From: Amoebidium appalachense
Taxonomy: Eukaryota > Protista > Ichthyosporea
Direction of reading: 5' to 3'
Length of the DNA stretch: 64,000 bases
NCBI GenBank assembly: GCA_963693365.1
Contig: CAVNZM010000010.1
Location: 4,772,159-4,836,158 of the forward strand
Of this stretch, positions 44,648-64,000 are shown piece after piece. Each line of letters starts with the position of its first letter. The stretch's first letter is position 1. A model generated the notes under the pieces. That model searched no databases. It had not been told where the DNA came from and was given only the letters and a program-made list of their open reading frames with translations. The position numbers were made by a program, and so were the translations under genes.

Positions 44648-45705
44648 TTTTGCACGTTTGTTTTACCCTGAAATGAATGTCTTGTTTGTGTCTCAACTTC
44701 AAGTGGTTGGAATCTCAACCTACATGGTTTGCATGCAGATATGCGTGAACATCGAAGCAAGCTGCCGCTGCAGTATTGAGTAGACACTGGTCGTAACTTA
44801 AATGTGTTTCTTTTCGTGAAAACACTCTTCTTGGTTTGTTTGTTTGAGATTGTACTGTATTTTTTTGTTCAGGGGTCCTTTTTTTTCGTGTTCAAGTATT
44901 CCACGTGTCACACTATGTGCCTTGACCCTCTCGCGGCTGTGACTGCCGGCGGGCAAAGCACGTCGGATCTGGTCCCGGCAAGGGCTAGATTCATCCATGA
45001 TTTATAACGAATGTGCACACAGGAATAATGGAAACAGTAGTTGAAGTTTCGAAGCCTGGGGCGACCAAAGGCCTTGAGAAAAGTCGGTTAGTAACACAAC
45101 GGTTGTGAACGGCTATTTTATCATGTGTATTATTCTAATAGAAAAGATCTAACCATCTTATATATCTATTGTTGCCCAGAACAAAAATTTTAATAGGCTT
45201 GGTTAGGTCGTTTACAGCATAAGGGCTAGCGAGTAGTTGGGAAATGCTATCCAATCAGATCTAGCTATGCAAGATGCGTATCAGATCCATATTGCAGCAG
45301 CTAGGCGGCGACGTCGAGAAAGCATGGATTGGACGTCTGCGCACCGTGGCTCAACCGCCGCCCAATCACATCTCGTGGCACACGTTCCTCAGGACCTCAG
45401 CACGTTCACGTAGCCTACCACGACAGCACACTGCAGTTCGCAGACACACACGTGCCACAGCAATTCACAATAGAAGTAACAAATACAATTACCAAACAGT
45501 TATGCAGTTTACATTTTTCTAGCACAGGCCGTGCAAGTTGCACTGTGTACACACTGCACCCTATGTATACCCTCACAGGACCGCACGAATGATATGCATG
45601 ATCATTGATATCCATATGAACTCAGCGCAGGCAGGGCGACAGTTATTTTACATATTATTATATTAGACGGATTTACGTATACAGCTGTAGTACTTATGAA
45701 TCCGG

Positions 45706-45936
45706 TACGACGAACTTATCCTGCGAAGGTAGTTTCCGTCGTCATGATCAGCTACATACGAGCACAATTTCGCGTATATGTGCTCGTATGCCGGTAGCTA
45801 ATCATGACGTCGGAAACATAAGAAGTCTGCAATCCTCAAATGTTTTAAGTTACCAAAGCAATCAAATACATATTATTTGTACATCAAGAGCGCACCGTTT
45901 GCGTGCACTCTACCTTCGCAGGATAAGTTCGTCGTA
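45706..45936. repeat. Fold-back element: 27-bp perfect terminal inverted repeats enclosing an 86-nt hairpin (MITE-like or small-RNA precursor)
   Basis: TACGACGAACTTATCCTGCGAAGGTAG (45706-45732) is the reverse complement of 45910-45936. Inner stem 45732-45817 includes the perfect 12-bp pair CATACGAGCACA/TGTGCTCGTATG. Confidence 0.85.
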
Positions 45937-46094
45937 TCCAACTGAGTCTCAAAAGTTGATAAAAAACATCCATTTACCCACCGATGCGCGCAGAACCAAT
46001 TATAATCATGAACCAATCGTCAGCCGCCTTAGACTTTAGGTACAGCCAATTGTTTCTCTGCCCCAGCATTTGCCGCGCTCTGCGCAGCTGGCAG

Positions 46095-47665
46095 TGTACT
46101 ACATCTGATCACTGAACGAATATCCGAATTGACGGATATCCCGACACTCATGATTATCCCGGTAAATAAAGGATCGGACAGACCGCGGTGTCGGTCGGTC
46201 AGTCTGAGATAGAGACAGTGTACTATCACTGAGCGAATATCCGGATCGGCGGATATCCCGACACTCTTGATTATCCCGGCAAATAAATGACGGACAGACC
46301 GCGGTGTCGGTCAGTCTGTAGTCTGGAGTCACGGAGATAGGATCATAGTCTCTCCATAGTTGATGTACTATCTCTGAACGAATATCCGGATTGGCGGATA
46401 TCCCAACACTATTGATTATCCCGGCAAATAAAGGATCGGACAGACCGCGGTGTCGGTCAGTCTGTAGTCTGGAGTCACGGAGATAGGATCATAGTCTCTC
46501 CATAGTTGATGGTAGCCAGAGGATAAATGGAAAGGTTCTGCAACCTCTAAACAAACCCACCCGCCCAACCTACGTGACGGCACACCGCCCAGCAACAACG
46601 TCAAGAGACGCTTCCACACCAACGACCTCAAGATCTGCACTTCAAAATGGCTACGGCACTCCATCTCTCTGCTTACCTATGAGCACTCTGCACTAACTGA
46701 CCATTCCACTATACACGGCCTACTGCAATAACTGCATAACGTTATACAGTACGGTCACGCGCGAGACACCTGCACATGCAAAAACGAAAATCGCTGGTTG
46801 AATAATCTTTGAATTAACTACATACAAAACCATACCAGCACAATGTGTTGTTGCGTGAGCAACTGATGCTTTGCATGAAACGTACTTGCACGTGCGTTGA
46901 AAAGGCAAACGAAGTCTTACAAACGCACAAAAGCGTTACGAAGCTGTGATCATGAAGGACGACCCCAACTTGCGCCCCTCAGTATGCACAAACACAACGT
47001 ACAACTTCCAATGACTTAACGATGCAAATGTAAAGGCGCAACGTGTAAAGTGTTAGGTGCGACCGCAACAACCACTGCACGCTTGAATTCACGTGCACTG
47101 CTTCACTAAAAGCACAAATGTCCGTTTCACATGCCTGCCTGCACTCAGTCAGCCATTACCACGGACACAACACTTGGAATGAGTCATACAAGAGACAAGC
47201 CGAAAAATTGCATACACACCCACTCTCTGGTGGCTAGCTGAGCTAGTAGCCATATGGTTTGTCCGTGCACACAAGCACACATGGGGCTAAGGAATGCAGA
47301 AGGCCCTGAGGAGTTTTCTGAGAGTGTTTCCCTCCTCGAAACCCAGGGAACAGTGCGACTCCCTGTACAAAAACCGCACTCGCCACTTCCATTGCATTGA
47401 ACAGATTTAGTTGCAAGAATACCAAGTGCACAAAAGCACACATGCCACAAAACAAAATGGCAACACAACATCATCTCTCCGGTAAAGCTTCAGGGACGAA
47501 CCTTTCTCCCGGGGGGGGATGTACTATCACTGAACGAATATCCGGATTGGCGGATATCCAGACACTCTTGATTATCCCGGCAAATAAAGGATCGGACAGA
47601 CCGCGGTGTCGATCAGTCTGTAGTCTGGAGTCACGGAGATAGGATCATAGTCTCTCCATAGTTGA
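46095..47665 (+). mobile_element. Non-autonomous LTR retroelement (TRIM/LARD-like) with three tandem 5' LTR copies
   Basis: ~146-bp LTR TGTACTA...ATAGTTGA at 46095-46207 (truncated), 46219-46363, 46364-46509 and 47520-47665. PBS-like TGGTAGCCAGAGGAT at 46510; polypurine GGGGGGGGA at 47511-47519; GCAG direct repeat at 46091-46094 and 47666-47669. Confidence 0.85.
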
Positions 47666-48227
47666 GCAGCACATAATTGCAAGCCCAAGTGGCAACATTT
47701 CATGACAGCAGCTCTTCAAGAGAATAATGTTTAATTTATAGAGATTCCCATCCTTTTGAAAGGAAAATGTTCCAATATAGCAACCAATAAAAGCCACTAA
47801 AGCCTGATATCAGGGTGGAGCAGTCTGTTTTGGAGGCTGGAGCATTTGGAATGAACCGCTCTGCAACCAGCCTCAACAGTGCAGTGTAGGAAGTGGAACG
47901 TTTGTGCATTCGGCTAGCGCAGCGGTTATTAAAGCTGGGACCATCTATACCATCAGCTTTGGGGGTATGTTATGCGTAGGCCATGTAATCTTGTGTGTTT
48001 TTAGCAAGAGTGACTTGAAAATTAATGGTGTGTCCCTTGGGCAAGGCATTGCATTGACATGTCTGTAACCACCGTGTACACGTGTATGCCTAATCGCAAG
48101 CTTTTAGCCTTGCGGAAGCCACACATGTACAAATTGTGTTTGTGTCTGCACATAAACACGAATCCCCGATTTTCCCCCCGGGCATATTGTGGTATACAGA
48201 TACCCTGACAGTACTTATATCCTCCAG

Positions 48228-50862
<2,635 letters not shown>

Positions 50863-50863
50863 T

Positions 50864-51019
<156 letters not shown>

Positions 51020-51440
51020 TGTGTGTGTGTGTGTGTGTGAGAGTGAGTGAGAGAGTGAGTGAGAGTGAGTTAGTGAGTGTGTGTGTGTGTGTTGCTTGCA
51101 GCTACGTGATTTCAGTAGTTGTACGCTTGCAGTGCCAAAATACGTATGAATGTTGTGCCACCGGATGCCACTTATTGTATGGCAACTTAGATGGACGTTG
51201 ATAACTGTGCGCATTGGTTGCCGATGATAACAAGAATCCCCCAAAGCTGAAAATGAGTAAGTGTAGACAAAAATTGGACCTAAACCTGGGCCCTCAAAAT
51301 GTGTATCCTTGGGGTGACTGAATTTATGATAATATTGAATAGACCCTAAATAGAGCCCTTTAAAAAAAAAAAAAAGAAATAGACCCTAGCAACCCAGATG
51401 GGCTATAAGGACCCCCCCCCCCCCCCCCCTCCCCCCCCGC

Positions 51441-51530
<90 letters not shown>

Positions 51531-52205
51531 ACACACACATCGAAAGTGCGGACTTTATCTGCCCCTATGTTGCCTCACGTGTAGCAGTGGCACGAGATTG
51601 TGTTGTTTACTGCTTTGTGTTCTTGTGTTGTTGTGCGGGCACATATATGTAGATCGGCTAAAATACATAGTACGATTCCCCTCCCCCCCCCCCCCCCCCC
51701 CCAAAAAAAAAAAAAAAAGAAGAAAAAAAGAAAAGAAAAAGATTGGGAATCCCTAGTACGTACTACAATGTCCTTTACGCATGCGCAGGATAAAGTTTCA
51801 GTACAGAACGAACCAGCCACACATATACAGTTCGTCGGACGTGCGGTTTTGTTTTGTGCATACGGTTTATAATATATTCTTTCCAACTTGAAGTCTTCAA
51901 AGTGATTGTGTGGGACATGCTGCACATCATCAACATTTAGGTCGATCCCACTGTACCTTTGTATTTATGCTAATACTATTTTGGATCCATGGAAACAATT
52001 GCAAACAACTCAATACTGGGCGTTACTAGCAATCTTGGTGGTTACTAGTACTTAGAATGTGCTAATATGTACAATAGCATAATTTATTACATCAAACTCT
52101 CATCCCGAGCTTCAGACCTTTCGAATTCTCCTGTCATTTGCTATGTACATTTCGTTAGTCTCAGAGCCATATGACATGATACATTAACAATACATTCATC
52201 CAGGG

Positions 52206-58940
<6,735 letters not shown>

Positions 58941-60169
58941 GTTCCTGTCTGCACATGTATCAACGTACTAATAGTAGAGTACTCACGGAAAGCAAAACCT
59001 GATCATGAATGAGCTAGTCATACGTTGGCGTGTGTAGAAGTAGTTTGTGTTGGACAGGGATATTGACTTTCCAATTGAGGTTCACGTAGAACTTAATAAA
59101 GCCGTGTGAGTGTCTGGGTTGACCTTTCCGTCGAGTAAAAGAGCCTGTTACATAGCACGCCCAAGCTGCACAACCAATGCTGAAGATCTACAAGTGTTAG
59201 GTGAGAGACGGGTGAAGTTGAATATGTAGCAGACTACTGTCTGTTGGGCAAATCATCATCGGCCCGCGCGCCGTCACGCACATGTAGGGTTACATGTGCA
59301 AGGGCATTGTCACGTACTGTAGGTGTTTCCTTATTTCTGACCACACAGCATACATACTCCAAAGGTGAACAGTCACTCAGCTGGGCAAAGGTGAGTCTGT
59401 ATACAAGCATTATGTACTGGTCAAAGAAGGACATTGCCGAACCGAAATACCTTTTCCTGAATTGATCACTGGAATGCTTGTTTATCATTCGGAATCGCCC
59501 AGATGACGATGAGTCATCTGGACCAATAAGCTTCATGCTGTGATATCACTTGATGGCATTCCTAAGCATAAGCGCTCCTAGATAGATCTTAGGTACCCAA
59601 TAGGAAATCTCTAATCATGTGTGTTACCCAATAGGAAGCAGCGACCGCAGCATTCCTCATGATTGGCTGAAAAGGAGCTAATAAACACCAACTGCAGCCG
59701 CAAGTTGTCAACAAACGACACAAACACAGGATCTGGGCCGGTTGCCCGCCAGTGTCCCCAACATCCAATGTTAGTATTATGTTACCTGCGTTGTATCTGT
59801 GTGCCATCCTTTCCCCCTACAGTATGTAGCCTACACCCGGCTAGGCAACTTTACCCGACCGAGCCTCAAACAATGATTCAAGGCTAATAAAACTCAGGCG
59901 GCAAAATATCCAGATCTAATATTAGACCGGAAGCCGGGCAGTAGGTAGTAGGCAATCATCCGGGACCCTGTCTGTGGTCTCGGGGCTCCTGGCCATGGGC
60001 GTATTTAGTTGCCTCATACACCATGAACAGCCCGCAGAAGTTTTTTTGCAAATGTAGCGTTTGCCGTTTTTACACATGCCCACACACCGTGGCTTTCGCG
60101 CGCAGGCGCAAACGCCAACACACAACGGTGTCACGATCACGCATACTGCACACACACAGACATATGCGT

Positions 60170-60249
<80 letters not shown>

Positions 60250-60258
60250 ACACACACG

Positions 60259-60300
<42 letters not shown>

Positions 60301-61464
60301 CACACACGCACACACACACACATACTGTAACACACACACACACATGTACACACATGTGCACACACACGTACACAAACAAACACACAAAAACACAGACACA
60401 CACACACGTGCACACACGCATACACACACGCACACACACACCAACACACACACACATATACGCACACACACGCATACACACACACACAAACACGAAAATT
60501 GCCGGCATGCCAATCTCAGTTTCGCTTATCACAGTGTAAGTTATTTTTTGTGCCACTAGTTTAGTAATTATAACCACCAGAAACGACGTTGCAACCAGGC
60601 CCACATGGATCTCATTATAATCAGCTGCTTGGTTGGAATTCGAAAATCCGAATTTTTTCTGTTTTATGTAAGGTACCGCACTGGCAGACCATGTGGTGGC
60701 CATGGGCCGAGCGCAAGTGTCAAGAGGGCACGGCCCTCTGAACACATGAGGTGGGGCCGTCGTCTTCCTTTTTGGGGTTAGCGTAACACAAAAAAGGCTA
60801 AATATCACGCGCCAAGTTTTCATAGATAGCATAATAATAACCGGCATTGGCAATTTTTTTTTCAATTTTTTTTTTTAAAAAAAAACACGAAAATGTATGT
60901 GCCATGCAAAATTTTGCACCTTAACCGTGAGAAGATCTTTTTCGCTGTTGTGCACACGGTCAGTCTGTTGTGCACAGGCTGTGCACGCAGCTGCAGTGCA
61001 GCGGGTCCAAGCCTTCCGAACCAAGGCTTGAAGGGAACCTTGGGCCAGGTGGGCCACAATGCCGCATGATCTCTATGATATCGCTAGGCTGGCAGGCCCA
61101 CGTATTTCTCCAAGGTCTCTCGCGATCGCCCGTGGCTTTCTCTGCTTTCGTCAGGACCGGCTCCTGTGGCGTAGCCTACCTCCAAGTATTACTAAGGGTT
61201 AATGTGCATGCTTCGTAGTGTTTGTGGCGGAGGTTGTGCCCAACTTTCCTCGGTGTTCGTTCTTGTAGGAGAGATCATGGTGGCATCCCAAAAATGCTCC
61301 CCCTCCACCTCAATCTACCCCCCCTCCCCTCCCCCCTCCTCTCTCCCTCCCCTCCTCACTTCAATCAAGCATCACGCACTCTCAGGGCCTCGAATACTAT
61401 TAATTAGGCTTTCTTCCCTCCCCCTTCCCCACTGCCCGCGCCCCCCCCCCCCCCCCCCCCCCTC

Positions 61465-61523
<59 letters not shown>

Positions 61524-62310
61524 CTGAAGCAGATGCATACACAAGCAGGGCCTGGTGCACATGCCCACAGGCACGGAGAGAATCTGATATCGTTACACAT
61601 GATTACAACCCTGGCCTACTGGCACCCCCCATTCGCCACGTGATGCTTGGTGCTGGCATCAAGTTGAATTCGACATGCTTCAGTCATCATAAATAAGGCC
61701 TGAGATAAAAGAGGTTGCCTCTATCGTTGGTGAGAAAGGTGCAGTTTGTGAAAATACCCCCCCCCCCCCCCCACCCCCCCCCCCCCCCACCCCCCCCCCC
61801 CCTCTTCTCCCCAGGGACTGGCTGAGTTTCAAGCGATGTCATCATCCCTCAAGCTAGCTTTTTTTTGGCTGTTATCCATTAAATCAAAGTTTCCTGAAAG
61901 CTTATAATTTTTACTATATTGTTTTGCAGACTAATAATATACTATTAATATTCCTGCAGGCAGCGCATGCAGCCAGAAAAGTTAGCCAGCAAGGGGACAA
62001 AACTGACCTTTTATGGTTAGCCACCTGCCAAAAATGGCGCATACATAGTTGGCTGATGTTTGATTGGGTAACACCTGCTATCATGCCCCCCCCCCCCCCC
62101 CCCCCCCCCCCCTTCTTTCCCCTTTCCTTTCCCCAAAAACAACCAACCAACCAACGAGCATCACCTACGGTACCACTATTAAAGACAATCACCCCACATC
62201 CCACGTCTCTTTCTCTCCCTAGCTCTTTCTTGCCCTCCCCCTTGCCCGCCTCATCACCGGCCTCCCCTTGAAGTTCCTCCCCCCTCCCCCCTCCTCTCTC
62301 TCTTTCTCTT

Positions 62311-62359
<49 letters not shown>

Positions 62360-63269
62360 TCTCTCTCTGCCTCTCATCCACACACACGGTGGCAGGCTGC
62401 TGCACACCCAGCTGCAGCCGTAATGCAACGTTCTCCGCCCTGACTGAAGCCCCCTCGCCCCCTCCCTCCTTCCCCCCCTTCCCCCTTAATAAAGTGTAAC
62501 AGTTTTCTGGCATATGCCTCGTCCCATTTCTATCCCCTTTACTTGTAACCCATCATCTCCTAATTTTGCATGATTGTACAATTGCAAGAAACCGTTCAGA
62601 CATGATAATAGGGACATTGCTCATATCATGGCCTGATATCTAGTAGACGCGACCCCCCCCCCCCCCCCCCCCCCCCCCACCCCCCCCCCACCCCACCCCC
62701 ACCCCCTCCCGCCGCCGCCTTCCCCCATGCCCCCTCTCCCGTACCGTGACTTTAGACGGTACTTAATGATTCTGTTCGGTGCCCCCCTCCCTCGCAGTAC
62801 CTGTAAGGCCTGTATCTCATTTGGTGCAGTTTTACATATCCGAAATCTTGTTTAGAGCCTTGGTTAAGTTGGTTCAAAGTTGGCCATATAGCCCAAATTA
62901 AATCAAATATGCCTGCAAGGGCCAGCCTAAGTTATATATGGAGTTTATCTTTATTACTACAAAGTTATCGGAATAAAATATATTACTGCAGGGCAACTGA
63001 TCTGTTGTCAATAACATAGTATGTGGATTCACGCCATCATTAATGATGGCAAATATTTTCTTATTCAGCCGTGACTTGAACCGTCGAGATTGTCTCTCTC
63101 AGAGCAGCTGGCAGTTTGTTCTGTCTTAGAATTCACTACATCCCTACCCCATTCAGGTAAGCTGTTTATATATTCACTTCCCCTTAATCTTAAACAGTAC
63201 TTTAGGCATGGCTGGTGTCAATAAGTAAAGCCTTACGTAGATCAATCCCATTGTACACGCAGGTCAGGC

Positions 63270-63582
63270 CTAGATACAAGTGCCCGCATAGATCCAATCA
63301 CCCAGATTCATACTGGCCCCGTGCATAGTCCACCCATGGCCCATGGTGCCCTTGGAATCTGCCGTGCTGCCCATCACAAGGGACCCTCCTGCTACTGTGC
63401 TGACCTTTCCGGTGTAGGTGATTGTTTCACTGGGACACGTCAGAGTGCCGCCCCCAGTGTTTGTGCCGTCTGTGTGCACCAGTTTGCCGCTGACATTTGT
63501 CACCGAGTAGGTGAACGATACCGTGCACAGGTGGAAGGTGGAGCTGTCGGTGCACTCCTTGGCAGACAACATCTGCCCACAT
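63270..63582 (-). CDS. Probable terminal exon of an unknown gene (Thr/Gly/Cys-rich, possibly extracellular beta-rich domain)
   Basis: CTAAT branch-like motif then CAG acceptor; open frame CGQMLSAKECTDSSTFHLCTVSFTYSV...LGDWIYAGTCI* with coding-like composition. No family recognised. Confidence 0.55.
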
Positions 63583-63642
63583 CTGGCGGTGGCATGTGTT
63601 CATATTAGCATCTTACTGTACACAGTCAGTTACAGTCTAGAC

Positions 63643-63722
<80 letters not shown>

Positions 63723-64000
63723 ACATATGATGTCAGACTCTATTTGATACGTTTTATCTCCACTTAAAATTTATATGATGCAAGTGCAACACCGATTTTA
63801 TTACATGTATATCTTGTTGGGTGGAAGTACTGTTGGCCTTGGTGCCGACAACTCATCACAGCTCACCTACATGTCGTTAATATTAAAAAACAGCACATCC
63901 CCCCCCCCAGTCTATAGACTCGCAAACGATCAAATCTTCCAAGTCCGGTCCGAGGCTCACGTTGTAAGGAAAGTGAAAACTTGACACGGCATTAAACTTT

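Noticed and set aside
46095-46509. 146-bp tandem repeat considered as satellite or CRISPR
   Set aside because: A fourth copy 1 kb away plus PBS, PPT and TSD identify the units as LTRs.

Overview
Eukaryotic genomic DNA with GT-AG introns packed with (CA/GT)n, (GA/CT)n and poly-C/poly-G tracts; almost all long ORFs in the supplied track are microsatellite artefacts. Manual splicing with phase-consistent exons recovers these genes in order: the 5' part of a prephenate dehydratase (-); a 13-exon AATF/Bfr2 (+); a membrane-anchored C3HC4 RING E3 ligase (+); an intron-free, repeat-poor island (~26.5-36.4 kb) with two tandem bacterial-type guanine deaminase genes (one disabled, one intact) head-to-head with an intronless Popeye-domain-like membrane protein; a syntenin-like tandem-PDZ gene (-); a LURP-one/tubby-C-like pseudogene (+); a secreted purple acid phosphatase with a GDHE motif variant (-); and the last exon of an unknown gene. 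Mobile DNA includes a non-autonomous LTR element with triplicated 5' LTR, a fold-back hairpin element, and four 5'-truncated copies of a structured Penelope-like repeat ending in C-runs. Phe biosynthesis together with syntenin-like PDZ genes suggests a unicellular holozoan (e.g. an ichthyosporean); this is inference only. The most striking signals are the position- and strand-organised complementary simple repeats in introns, the putative horizontally acquired guaD/Popeye island, and the C-tract-associated structured retroelement. All homology calls come from motif recognition, not database searches.
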